64,000 bases of DNA from Bdellovibrionales bacterium (GCA_964230645.1 CAXRHT010000002.1:960001-1024000), one strand, 5' to 3'. Shown: positions 38,093 through 48,023, counted from the stretch's first letter. Translations and numbers: made by a program. The notes: a model not told the origin generated them from the letters alone.

Positions 38093-39055
38093 TCAATCGC
38101 CCCACCACTCGGCCTTTGGCGGCAATTCTCCGCTCGTTGGAGTCTCCCCTCTCAATAAGGCCCGCACTTTTTCCACAGCGCCTTCTGAAGAGGCTCTTAA
38201 AGCCTCCTCAGTGCTGGCACCGATATGGGGGCTTAGGACCACGTTTGAAAAATTGAAAAGGGATGATGTCGAATTAAGAGGCTCTCTTTTAAACACATCA
38301 AGGCCCACCCTAAAATCAGGGTTATCCACCAAGTGTTCGATCAAATCCTCTTCATGAACCACATCCCCTCGAGAGAGATTTAAAAGACAAGCCTCTGAGT
38401 TCATCCAAGAGAGGGTTTCTTTGTTGATCATGTGCCGCGTGGTTTTGGTTTTCGGCACATGGAGAGTGACGATGTCACAGGTTCTCATAAGCTCTTCAAA
38501 TCCAAGTCTTGTCACAAAATCAGGAGAGGATTGGATATAAGGGTCATAAGTGAAAACATTTAATCCAAAGGCTTTGGCTTTTTCTGCCACGGATGTTCCC
38601 ACCCGTCCAAGGCCAATAACACCTAAGTTTTTACCTCTTAATTGGTGGCCCATGAGAAGCTCTCTTTGCCAATTCCCGGAACGTATTTGACGAGCGGCTC
38701 TTGTCCAGTGGCGAGCGGTGGCAAACATTAAAAGAAACGTCATTTCGGCGGCCGCTTCACTCTGAGCTTCGGGAACATGAAAGCACTGAATTTTTCTTTT
38801 CTCGGTTTCTGCAAGATCAATATGGTCAAAACCACTGGTGGCTGTCACAAGATATTTTAAATTTTTGCATTTATTAAGAAAGTCGCCATCGACTTTTAAA
38901 GAGGTGCGGCAAATTATGGCCTCACACTTTTTTAAAGTCTCTTCATCTTCAAAAAGATTTTTTTTGTAAACGAACTCCCCTTCACTGAACTGATTGAGTT
39001 TCAGTTTTAAATGGGGATCAAAGCGATGGGTGATTAAGCATAGAGGCTGACTCAT
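38093..39055 (-). CDS. D-2-hydroxyacid dehydrogenase, SerA-like, no ACT domain
   Basis: GFDHID, GLGRVG, NLSRG, DVFKREP, SPHIGAST. Confidence 0.85.
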   Translation of the reverse strand: MSQPLCLITHRFDPHLKLKLNQFSEGEFVYKKNLFEDEETLKKCEAIICRTSLKVDGDFLNKCKNLKYLVTATSGFDHIDLAETEKRKIQCFHVPEAQSEAAAEMTFLLMFATARHWTRAARQIRSGNWQRELLMGHQLRGKNLGVIGLGRVGTSVAEKAKAFGLNVFTYDPYIQSSPDFVTRLGFEELMRTCDIVTLHVPKTKTTRHMINKETLSWMNSEACLLNLSRGDVVHEEDLIEHLVDNPDFRVGLDVFKREPLNSTSSLFNFSNVVLSPHIGASTEEALRASSEGAVEKVRALLRGETPTSGELPPKAEWWGD

Positions 39056-40119
39056 AAATGTTTTTTTATAGCCTCAGCGGTTTGTACTAAATCGTTATGG
39101 GTCATTCCACCCATATGCCCCACCCTCAGGACTAGGTCTGCGAGCTCATCTTGACCGGCGACGATAATATAGCCGTCCTGAAAAACTTTGTCTTTCACCT
39201 CTTTTGCACTGATCCCTTTGGGAACTTTCATGCAACTTAAAGAAGGGCTGGCTGTTTGAGGGAAGAGTTCTAGCGGAAGAGCCTCGCGAAAAATTTTGGC
39301 TTTTTCCTGAATGTCTTGAAAGTGGTTTTTAAGACCCTTTTTATTGAGAAATTCGTCGAGTACCAGATCAAGTCCAATGACAAATTGAGTGGGTGTTGAA
39401 AAACGAGTTTTCCCAGAGAGATTGGCTTTTTTCTCAGCTTTTAGATCAAAATAAAACTTAGGGAGATCATTCGTGATGCTCTCAGCTCTTTCAGACATCG
39501 ACAAAAAAGCCATTCCGGTAGGAAGCATAAAAGCTTTTTGAGAACCCCCAACAAAAACATCAAGCCCCCATTCATCCATCGGGATATCGACGGCACCAAG
39601 AGCTGTGATACCATCAACAATACTTAAAGCTCCTTTTTCCTGGGCCATTTCACAGAGATCTTTTACCGGAAGAAGAGCTCCGGTGCTCGTTTCACAGGCT
39701 TGAAAAGCCAATGCTTGGTAGTCTTTTTTTGAGAGTTGGCTTCGAACCTCATCAAGAGGAATATCCTCTCCCCAAGCCACTTTAATTTCATCAAAGGGAA
39801 TGCCGAAAGCTTTGGCGATTTTACCCCAACGCTCTCCGAACTTTCCCGAGTTGATAAACAAGGCCGGTCGGTCTTTTGTTAATGTGTTTGTCATGGCCGC
39901 TTCAAGACCACCGGACCCGGTGCAAGGCAAAAGGTAGCAATGCTCCTTGGTTTGAAACACTTTTTTAATGTTTTGAAAGCAGTTTTCGAGAACCTGTTGA
40001 AAAGGTTTTGAGCGATGATGGCACTCTAGGTGGTAGAGGCTCTCTTTCACGGCTTCAGATAGGGGCACTGGCCCTGGGGCCATTAACTTTTTGTGAGCAA
40101 AGGGATAATCAAATTCCAT
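39052..40119 (-). CDS. Class V PLP aminotransferase (AGAT / phosphoserine aminotransferase-like)
   Basis: MAPGP, ETSTG, VDGIT, GSQKAF, RVGHMG. Confidence 0.9.
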   Translation of the reverse strand: MEFDYPFAHKKLMAPGPVPLSEAVKESLYHLECHHRSKPFQQVLENCFQNIKKVFQTKEHCYLLPCTGSGGLEAAMTNTLTKDRPALFINSGKFGERWGKIAKAFGIPFDEIKVAWGEDIPLDEVRSQLSKKDYQALAFQACETSTGALLPVKDLCEMAQEKGALSIVDGITALGAVDIPMDEWGLDVFVGGSQKAFMLPTGMAFLSMSERAESITNDLPKFYFDLKAEKKANLSGKTRFSTPTQFVIGLDLVLDEFLNKKGLKNHFQDIQEKAKIFREALPLELFPQTASPSLSCMKVPKGISAKEVKDKVFQDGYIIVAGQDELADLVLRVGHMGGMTHNDLVQTAEAIKKHL

Positions 40120-40211
40120 AGCGCCCACCTTATCCGCGAGAGCCCCAATGTTCAACTCAAAGGGCGCTTTTGAGAGTTGAAAATAGAGAATAAAGGGGCT
40201 AATCTCGGCCT

Positions 40212-40802
40212 ATGAGAGCCTTTTTGCTGATTTTTTTTATTTCCCTCACCCATTGTGGTTACAACTGGGGTTATCAAAACCGCAGCCTTCCTGGTGGGCA
40301 TAAAACCGTCTTTGTTGAAATGTTTAAAAATCAGACCCAAACCCCTGGGATTGAAGCCTACTTTACGGATGCTTTAAAAAGAGAGCTGGAACGTTCAGGC
40401 TTTGTGACAGTGACCACAAAAGATAGGGCCGAGCTTATTTTAGAGGGTGAAATCATTATTGTGAATAACCGGGGAACAGCCACAATCAACAGTTTCCTCG
40501 CTAAAGATTTCAGCAGCTCTGATCCTGATTCGCGCACCACCCGCAAATACCCAGCCTCTATGTTCACCGGCTACAATGTGCAAGTGGTGACGAATGTAAA
40601 AGCCGTCAGAGCTAGGGATGATCGTTCGATTTGGCAAACTAGCTTAAATGGTCAGCAGAATTACCGTGGTGCGCTTCTACTAAAGCAGGGAGTTAGATCC
40701 TCAAATGTCCTTTACAATCATTCCAGAAAAAAGCAGACTATCAAACTTGTCGCAAAAGATATGATGAATGAGGCGTTTGATCGTTTAACGGAGAATTTTT
40801 AG
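40212..40802 (+). CDS. lptE: LPS assembly lipoprotein LptE-like
   Basis: LTHCGY lipobox; directly upstream of holA. Confidence 0.75.
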   Translation: MRAFLLIFFISLTHCGYNWGYQNRSLPGGHKTVFVEMFKNQTQTPGIEAYFTDALKRELERSGFVTVTTKDRAELILEGEIIIVNNRGTATINSFLAKDFSSSDPDSRTTRKYPASMFTGYNVQVVTNVKAVRARDDRSIWQTSLNGQQNYRGALLLKQGVRSSNVLYNHSRKKQTIKLVAKDMMNEAFDRLTENF

Positions 40803-41803
40803 TGGCCAAACAAAAGACTTCTCTTTTGGATTTAAAAAACTTTTTCAACCTGAATAAAGGGACCGTTCTTTATTTGTCAGGAGATGAGGATTTTTTTATC
40901 GAAGAGGCCATTGATTTTATCAAAGAAAAAACTTTGGACGAGGCTTCAAAAGATTTCAACTTCGATGCTTTCTATGGAAGAGAAACAGAAATCAGTAAAA
41001 TTTTTGATATTGTTGAAACTCTTCCCATGATGGCTAGTAACCGCTTAGTGATGATCCGCAGAGCTCAAGACCTCAAGGACAAAGAGTGGAAAACATTGCT
41101 CCCACTTTTATCAAGGCCTGTGCCCTCGACCTTTTTAGTTTTTGTGGGTGATAAGCCCGATGGCCGAAAAGCGGTTATTAAAGAAGCGATGAAAGGCATG
41201 GAGCATTTCCATTTTTCCAAGCCCTACGATCGAGAGTTCCCTAACTGGGTGAAATACATCTGTAAAAAACATAAACTCACCATTGAAGACGATGCCATTC
41301 ATCTTTTAATGCAAATCGTAGGCCCTAACCTCTTAGAGCTTCAGAATGAAATTTTAAAACTTGGACAATATGTCGGCCCTGGAAAATCCATCACCACCGG
41401 TGATGTGATGCATGTGGCTTCAAGAATTAAACTTCAAAACGTTTTCGACCTCACCGACGCCATCGGGAAAAGTGACCAAGCCAGAGCCCTTATGTGTTTG
41501 GCGGATTTACTCGAGGATGGACAAAATGAAGTCAGCATATTAGCCATGGTCCATCGCCATGTGCGCCTACTGAGACAAACCAAGATGGGTGAAATGCAAG
41601 GGCGCTCCGGAAGGGATCTTGCCAGTTTTGCAGGAGTTCCCTACTTTTTTCTTAAAGAGTACACCGCTCAAGCCAGACTCTGGAGTGAGCGCAAAATTGA
41701 AAAAACCTACCGCGTTCTCGGTGATACCGACAAAGCGCTTAAGTCCTCTCCTATTTCTAGCCACATCTGGCTTGAAAACTTTATTCTACAGACTTGTAGT
41801 TAA
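40802..41803 (+). CDS. holA: DNA polymerase III delta subunit
   Basis: YLSGDEDFF, FNFDAFYG, TLPMM, ELQNEILKL, VFDLTDAI. Confidence 0.92.
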   Translation: MAKQKTSLLDLKNFFNLNKGTVLYLSGDEDFFIEEAIDFIKEKTLDEASKDFNFDAFYGRETEISKIFDIVETLPMMASNRLVMIRRAQDLKDKEWKTLLPLLSRPVPSTFLVFVGDKPDGRKAVIKEAMKGMEHFHFSKPYDREFPNWVKYICKKHKLTIEDDAIHLLMQIVGPNLLELQNEILKLGQYVGPGKSITTGDVMHVASRIKLQNVFDLTDAIGKSDQARALMCLADLLEDGQNEVSILAMVHRHVRLLRQTKMGEMQGRSGRDLASFAGVPYFFLKEYTAQARLWSERKIEKTYRVLGDTDKALKSSPISSHIWLENFILQTCS

Positions 41804-41823
41804 TAGAATCTGCGACAGCAAAT

Positions 41824-41860
41824 AAAAAAGGCGACTCTTTCAAAGTCGCCTTTTGTTTTT
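41824..41860. terminator. Bidirectional terminator
   Basis: AAAAGGCGACT-N7-AGTCGCCTTTT. Confidence 0.8.
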
Positions 41861-43125
41861 TAGTCTTCCGGATAACCGTAATGAACCTTGCAACTAGTTT
41901 TGTTCCCTCGCGGAAAGCCCCAGCGGCGGTACAAATTGTCGTTGGGATGAAATGACACTCGGCCCGCAAAAAGATTGATCTGAAAACTGTTGATATCTGT
42001 CCAATCAGTGTCACGAGGACCAAACTTAATAGGACAGTAGCGGTAGAGATCCATCTTTTCTTGATTATTTAGATCAGTAGCATAAATGGCTAAGACCACT
42101 GTTCTCAATTCCTGAGGGATCTGGTTGAGTTTTCCGTTCTGCTGAAATCTGACTAAGTAATTTTTTAGCGTTCTAAACTCCTGCATCAAGCTTGAGTCGC
42201 GAGAAGGTGTCGAGTGAGCATCATAGTCTTGATAGTTCATGCAGGCCCCACCAAGGCGTGTTTGATGAGCCAGAGCATCTTCAACGATAGAAATTCTTTC
42301 TAAGACTGTGTCGCAAAGGGTGTTAAAAAGATTTTCCACCAATTCGCCAGGGCTTTGAGATGAGGTTTGATTGATCTCCTGAATTTTAACGAAAAAATCA
42401 AATGTGGATAATTGCCGCGCCCATGTGTACTGCTCAAAATTAGAACGAGAGATATTTTCTTGAGCGACGGCCGCTTCTTGTGGCCATTTCAATCGACGGA
42501 ATCCCCAGTGGTTGCGATCGCCACCACCGTGATTGGGGCGTTTAGTGAACATATAATCACTTTTTGATTTTAAGGGACCTGTTTGAGCGGCATTGGCTTG
42601 AGTGGAGTAAAGCACATCAAATCGTCCATTGGGTAAGACCCGTTTAATAATATAGGTGTGACGAGTGTAGTTACCGTTAGAACCTGTCTTCCACATAAAA
42701 AGGTCACCGGGCTTTAAATCAGAAATTGTTGGTGGAACAGTGTCGTGATGAACAAGGGCTTCAGTCCCGTAATGGGCTCTCATATAATCCATAAAAGCGG
42801 CCAGGCGTCCGTCCCAACTGCCAATATGGTCAAAGCGTGTTGTCATATTGGTGATCTGTCCTTGAGCAACAGCGAAAGGCAGACCATTTTCTCGAGCAAA
42901 ATAGGCCACTAAAGCATAATGAGCATCGGCACAGTCGAGTTTCAGCCTTGCGAAAGGCCCACCGAGACTTTTAAAAAAATCTCCGCGCACTTCGTTTCTG
43001 ATCCACTGAGCGTAACGCTCCTGCCAGGCGCGGTTCCAAGTTTTGCTCGGATCGTGGTTCCAAACAGAGGCCTGTCCATTCACAGTTCCCAAAACAAGAA
43101 AGGCTAATAGTAAAATTTTTCTCAT
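41860..43125 (-). CDS. Secreted hypothetical protein, possible papain/NlpC-like Cys-His domain
   Basis: Signal peptide; LDCAD, LKPGDL, RHTYII. Confidence 0.65.
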   Translation of the reverse strand: MRKILLLAFLVLGTVNGQASVWNHDPSKTWNRAWQERYAQWIRNEVRGDFFKSLGGPFARLKLDCADAHYALVAYFARENGLPFAVAQGQITNMTTRFDHIGSWDGRLAAFMDYMRAHYGTEALVHHDTVPPTISDLKPGDLFMWKTGSNGNYTRHTYIIKRVLPNGRFDVLYSTQANAAQTGPLKSKSDYMFTKRPNHGGGDRNHWGFRRLKWPQEAAVAQENISRSNFEQYTWARQLSTFDFFVKIQEINQTSSQSPGELVENLFNTLCDTVLERISIVEDALAHQTRLGGACMNYQDYDAHSTPSRDSSLMQEFRTLKNYLVRFQQNGKLNQIPQELRTVVLAIYATDLNNQEKMDLYRYCPIKFGPRDTDWTDINSFQINLFAGRVSFHPNDNLYRRWGFPRGNKTSCKVHYGYPED

Positions 43126-43232
43126 GACTTTTTTCCCTTTTTTTTAATCCGGTATCACTCGAATTATTAAGGGAGTAGTTGCTGTGAAAAATGTACAGGT
43201 GAAAAGCTTCTTTTGAGAGATTTTACAGGTAT

Positions 43233-43264
43233 AAAAAAAGCTCTGATTTAAAAACCAGAGCTTT
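43233..43264 (-). terminator. Terminator of the QNC lipoprotein gene
   Basis: AAAGCTCTG/CAGAGCTTT stem with T-run on the minus strand. Confidence 0.7.
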
Positions 43265-43386
43265 AGGAAGGATATGAGGGCTTATTGTTTCCTTCTTAGA
43301 AAGAAAACGCTGAGCCGGTTTAAAAGTTGCGGAAAAAATAGAAAGGATAGGAAAAATTATCTCCCACCCTTTTTAAATTATAAGGT

Positions 43387-44088
43387 TTATAGTTCAGCAA
43401 TCATCGCTGCAGCCTGAGAATCTGAAACAGGAATCGTGCCCGCTTTGCCGTTTTTGCAAAAGCCGGTTTTCATGGCTCCTTTAACAACAAATTCTGAAGG
43501 CATAATCTCAAGGCAAGCTTTTTTAGACATACACAGAGTCTCTGGAGTGGAGTTCTGAGACCCAATGGAGCTTTCGGAAATATAGCCCACTCGGTTTGAA
43601 CGCCCTGGTCCTTCGACAACACATACGTAAGAAGTGTCACCCTTATCATAGGTCCTAGAGTTTTTATCGCCGTGTGAGTACTTTTTCTTTTTGTCTTTAC
43701 AGTTTTTCTTTTTAGGTCTTTTATCCTCACAACCTGGACAGTAAGCATGGCGGCGATCTTCCTCTAGCTCTCGCCTCTCGTCACAGCCTGGACAATCTCC
43801 GTGGCGCTCACCATCGTCAGTCACTCGGTCGTTGTTGGGATTTCTGTTCCCATTGCCGTCGGTCCCATCCTGATTAACAAGGCCATCGTCTTCAAGATTA
43901 TTTAAGTCATCATCACTGATTAAACCATCATCGAGTAAATCCTGGTTATCGACAATATCGACACCTTGTCCGTCAAGCTTAGATGACTGAGTGTCTTGCT
44001 GGAAAGCCACCCCTTGGCCGCAGTTTTGGTAAAGTGAAAGTGGTGCAGCAAAGAGCACCATTAAAAATAGTTTTTTGATTGTAAACAT
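43387..44088 (-). CDS. Cys-rich lipoprotein with YQNC lipobox variant and two CPGC motifs
   Basis: LYQNCG; HGDCPGCDERR and HAYCPGCEDKR; GGGG RBS. Confidence 0.75.
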   Translation of the reverse strand: MFTIKKLFLMVLFAAPLSLYQNCGQGVAFQQDTQSSKLDGQGVDIVDNQDLLDDGLISDDDLNNLEDDGLVNQDGTDGNGNRNPNNDRVTDDGERHGDCPGCDERRELEEDRRHAYCPGCEDKRPKKKNCKDKKKKYSHGDKNSRTYDKGDTSYVCVVEGPGRSNRVGYISESSIGSQNSTPETLCMSKKACLEIMPSEFVVKGAMKTGFCKNGKAGTIPVSDSQAAAMIAEL

Positions 44089-44122
44089 GAATTCCCCCAA
44101 ACTTTGTTACATCTCTTTATAG

Positions 44123-44138
44123 AGCAAAGCTTGTACCA
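44123..44138 (-). promoter_or_regulatory. sigma54 -24/-12 promoter
   Basis: TGGTAC-AAGCT-TTGCT, about 35 nt upstream of the start. Confidence 0.75.
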
Positions 44139-44388
44139 GCTGGAGACTGTTTAGTTTCTTTTTGGGCGGGTATTATTTAGACACTGATCATATTCAATAC
44201 ACAGCTGTCTGTATTAAACTGAGATTTTAGGCACTAAGCTTAAAGTACTCACTCACTCCATCCTCCTCGTTTCCCCCCCCCTTTAAATCGAGTACAAATT
44301 ACAATAGCTCACCCATTTTTTTCACATTTGATTGCCATTTCATCTAACACCCTCTTTAGTGTTAACTCACATCAACCTCGGGGTTTAA

Positions 44389-46089
44389 ATGGGTAAGTAT
44401 TTCTTGGGACTTAATAGTTTAACAATCATAATCTCTCTTTTTTTAAGCCAACCACTTCTTGGAGCCGGCGACAGAATAGACACCATTCTTTCCTCTTCCC
44501 AGCGACAAAGGGCTTACTCAAGTCCTCTTCTAAGTTCTAGTTTTCAAACCGCTCTTGACGAAATTTCAAATTCGGTAAGAGTAAAAGGCAATGATCAAGT
44601 TCTTATGCTCAACGGACAGCAATCCTACCCGGTGCGATACCGTCTTATACAACAAGCTAAGAAATCGATCATCATGTCCACATTTTCTATATACTCTGGC
44701 AATCGCAATGGTGAGATCGCCGACCCATTTAGTCGAAAAATGGTCGAGCTTTTGATTGAGAAAAGACGACAAGGGGTGGAAGTTCTTGTCATTTACGATG
44801 GCGGCACTTCCGTCCTAGCAAAATCACAAACAGCAATAGACCAACTGCGATCCAATGATATAAAAGTCATTAAATACAATCCCATTGTTACAGACCAGAC
44901 AGATGTACACCTTCTTCTGAGTATTATTCCCGGTGCTTTAAAATTTGCCTTCAACCAACATCCCATTAATAACCGGTGGCATGAAAAAACCATGGTGGTC
45001 GATGGAGAGTACCTGATCTCTGGTGGACTCAATTGGGGAGCGCCTTATGCCCTTGGAAATGCCTTTTCAAAACAAATCCCCAACTACTATCAATCGTTTT
45101 ACTCTCATCCTCTTGTGCGTGAATTGCGCTTAAGCGACCATGAAAGCTGGCACAGAACTTCCGATACAGGTTGGAGGGATACGGATGTTCTAATTAAAGG
45201 TCCCATTGCGACCCAGGCGGCCCGTCGTCTACTCATTGACTTCTCACTTATCGAATACCTGCAGAATCACCGCGGAGCCGACTTTGAAGACGCAACGATT
45301 GATGATATTGCTCAATCCTACAACCTTTATCTAGAGCGCTACCATAACAAGGAAGACGACTACTTCAGTAGGATCCACCTCCAGAATGAAAGAAGAAACA
45401 TTGTCAAACCTGGAGAATCAAGTTTAGGTTCTGCTAGGTATGTTTTTCAAAGACCCTATTTGGATCACAAATTACAAAGTCGCCATGCCCAGCTTTCGAC
45501 CTTCGCGCGACAAAATCGCTTGAATTATAACTCGGAGAACCCCTCCACTTACATCACAAACCTATACCTTAATTTGATCGACAAGGCTGAAACGCAAATA
45601 CTTTGGGGCTGTCATTCCAACCGCCCTCCAGAACCAATATTGAAAGCTCTTGAAAGGGCCGCTCAGAGAGGGGTTAAGGTTTTCATTATTGGAAACTCCA
45701 GAGAAGCGGCAAAAACACTTCCTGATGGAGGTACTCTTATGTATCCCATGGCCCTTTGCCACTACCGTGACCTTCTTGAGGCCGGAGGGGCACAGGGTAA
45801 TATAAGAATTTTCGAATGGCAGAGAAGCCTTAATATCAACGGGACAAGTCTAAAGAGCGGAGCTTTTCATTCAAAGGTCTTCAGTGTGGATGGAGTGATT
45901 ACCTCAGTGGGCTCTTTTAATATGTCGAAGGCCTCTTTTGGCAAGCACACCGAAGGAACGGTTGTTATTAATGATCCCGAATTTGCCCAGTCCGCTGAAA
46001 AAATGTTCTCTGACGATCTTCTCTTCACCAACGAAGTAAAAATCGAAGATCTTCCTATAAGGAATTCCTCCAGATGCAGCAATTACTGA
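44389..46089 (+). CDS. Exported phospholipase D / cardiolipin synthase-like protein
   Basis: Two HKD motifs: HEKTMVVDG and HSKVFSVDG; WRDTD. Confidence 0.92.
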   Translation: MGKYFLGLNSLTIIISLFLSQPLLGAGDRIDTILSSSQRQRAYSSPLLSSSFQTALDEISNSVRVKGNDQVLMLNGQQSYPVRYRLIQQAKKSIIMSTFSIYSGNRNGEIADPFSRKMVELLIEKRRQGVEVLVIYDGGTSVLAKSQTAIDQLRSNDIKVIKYNPIVTDQTDVHLLLSIIPGALKFAFNQHPINNRWHEKTMVVDGEYLISGGLNWGAPYALGNAFSKQIPNYYQSFYSHPLVRELRLSDHESWHRTSDTGWRDTDVLIKGPIATQAARRLLIDFSLIEYLQNHRGADFEDATIDDIAQSYNLYLERYHNKEDDYFSRIHLQNERRNIVKPGESSLGSARYVFQRPYLDHKLQSRHAQLSTFARQNRLNYNSENPSTYITNLYLNLIDKAETQILWGCHSNRPPEPILKALERAAQRGVKVFIIGNSREAAKTLPDGGTLMYPMALCHYRDLLEAGGAQGNIRIFEWQRSLNINGTSLKSGAFHSKVFSVDGVITSVGSFNMSKASFGKHTEGTVVINDPEFAQSAEKMFSDDLLFTNEVKIEDLPIRNSSRCSNY

Positions 46090-47516
46090 GCTGTCTATTA
46101 TTGTTTTTTTCGCTGTCGAGTTGGGCGCAACCGGGCTATCTCGAGTTAAAAAGACAGCTAGAGACAGAACAGGAGCAATTTCGTCTGAATTTACAGGAAC
46201 TAAAGATTAGTCGCTCCCCCAACCAGATATTCCAACTTGATCAATACAACGGTTCTAAAAACGCCATGGAAACGATGATCGAAGTCTTTGAGCGAAATAG
46301 TGCACTCTTGGATCGATACCCTTCCCTTTATCCAAACAATCAGAAGAAAATGGATGAAGTACTAGAAATGCTGATCTACTACGTCCAGGCCGCAGAGTTT
46401 CTTGGGCAAGTCTTGCCTCACCGTGCTTTGGCAACTGTGCTAAGTGAACTCTCTTCGCAAAGAGAAAATTCTTTCCTCCTCCGCTTGATCAATCGAACCC
46501 AATTTCACCTTAGACCTCATGGAAACAACTCCGGCCAGAGGCTTCACAAAGCGATCCTGAGGGCTCAGTCGTGGCCAATCAGGAGTCACCCGGACTGGCT
46601 TAGGCAATACATTAGAAGGGCCCAATATTTTTCTAGCAATTCTTCTCTATTAGACGATCGATACTTTGTGGACCGCCCTTTTCTTGATTTCTTTTATGAT
46701 TTAAAAGCTGGTCTTCTTTACCAAACAGGGCTCGCAGCGCTCCCTAAAGACTTCTATATTACTCATGAGCAAATCAATGAGATTCAAGATTCGCTTCATC
46801 CCGGAGATATCGCTGTCATTAAGCACTATTATAAATTGACCAACGTGGCCTTTAATGGAGAATGGAGTCACGGCCTGATCTACCTGGGATCCTGGAATAA
46901 GTTCAAACGTTATTTTGATAAGGACCGAAACACTCGTGAGTTTTTCCAAAATCTCTGTCGCAGGCAAAATCTTAGTTGCAATAACTTTAGCTCCTTTCTT
47001 GAGCACAAACTTCCCGAAGTGATCGATTACTACAAAAATGATAAAACCGAATACTTCGGGCAAAGACTTCCCCGAGTGGTTTTGGAAAGTATAGGCGAGG
47101 GTGTTGTGATTTCCAATATCTACGAAGCTTTAAGAAAAGATCAACTTGCCCTAATCCGGCCTAAAATGAGTATCCAGGCTAAAGCTCTTGCTGTTTATAC
47201 TGCTCTTCAATATATGTTTCGTCCCTATGATTATTCTTTTAATTTCCAATCTCATCACCGCTTGGTTTGTACAGAAATTATTTATAACGCTTATTCTCCA
47301 GGGGTGCACTCCACAATTCCTTCTTTTGCTTGGGAGCGCTCTCGTCGTCTGGGACGCGTGGTGGTTCAGGCCACTGATATTGTGAGGACCTTTTCCCGAG
47401 ATTTTCAACAGGGAGGCCGTTTGTTTGATTTTCTCTATTTCCTCAGTGGAGATTCGAGAGAGAAAAAAGCCACATTCTCAAGCCCTGAAAAGCTACAAGA
47501 GACTGTGACGCCCTAA
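46074..47516 (+). CDS. Secreted permuted papain-like (YiiX/YebB, NlpC/P60) enzyme
   Basis: HPGDI, WSHGLIY, VLES, PYDYSF, LVCTE. Confidence 0.82.
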   Translation: MQQLLSCLLLFFSLSSWAQPGYLELKRQLETEQEQFRLNLQELKISRSPNQIFQLDQYNGSKNAMETMIEVFERNSALLDRYPSLYPNNQKKMDEVLEMLIYYVQAAEFLGQVLPHRALATVLSELSSQRENSFLLRLINRTQFHLRPHGNNSGQRLHKAILRAQSWPIRSHPDWLRQYIRRAQYFSSNSSLLDDRYFVDRPFLDFFYDLKAGLLYQTGLAALPKDFYITHEQINEIQDSLHPGDIAVIKHYYKLTNVAFNGEWSHGLIYLGSWNKFKRYFDKDRNTREFFQNLCRRQNLSCNNFSSFLEHKLPEVIDYYKNDKTEYFGQRLPRVVLESIGEGVVISNIYEALRKDQLALIRPKMSIQAKALAVYTALQYMFRPYDYSFNFQSHHRLVCTEIIYNAYSPGVHSTIPSFAWERSRRLGRVVVQATDIVRTFSRDFQQGGRLFDFLYFLSGDSREKKATFSSPEKLQETVTP

Positions 47517-47633
47517 CTGAAAAATTGGCATTACCCTTTCTATAGCTAACATCTATCATAAACATTTTAATTATCAATTTTATCAATAGCATAAGTCCCC
47601 TTATAAAAAGCTCAACCAAAAGGGGGAATTCTA

Positions 47634-48023
47634 ATGAAACTCGTATTAATCCTATCAACTCTTTTAGCCACTCAAGGCCTCTGGGCGAAAACATCCATTC
47701 AGTGTTCTGATCAATTAACTTTTTCACACATTAGAACCTCGGATCTCGGCCAGGAGACTATGACTATCAATTATAACTTTGCTACTGCGAAACTCTTTTG
47801 TGATCTCAGTAGTGAGCAAGCTTTAGAGGAAAGACGTCCCTTTCGTTGTGCTGGGATGTGGACCTTTGATCTGAGACGACCGGATCAGACGACCGGGACA
47901 CCTGTCGTTGCAGAATTTCACTACTCCGAAGAAAAACAGCAGTGGATGAGCGCATACAGAACAAGTCACGACTATGACCGTGTTATAGTTATATCGGATT
48001 GCTTGGTGGAAACAGAGGAGTGA
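47634..48023 (+). CDS. Secreted hypothetical protein
   Basis: Signal peptide; four Cys; GGGGG RBS. Confidence 0.65.
   Translation: MKLVLILSTLLATQGLWAKTSIQCSDQLTFSHIRTSDLGQETMTINYNFATAKLFCDLSSEQALEERRPFRCAGMWTFDLRRPDQTTGTPVVAEFHYSEEKQQWMSAYRTSHDYDRVIVISDCLVETEE

Noticed and set aside
43265..43386. Pyrimidine-rich long 3' UTR as an sRNA
   Set aside because: No clear structure other than the terminator
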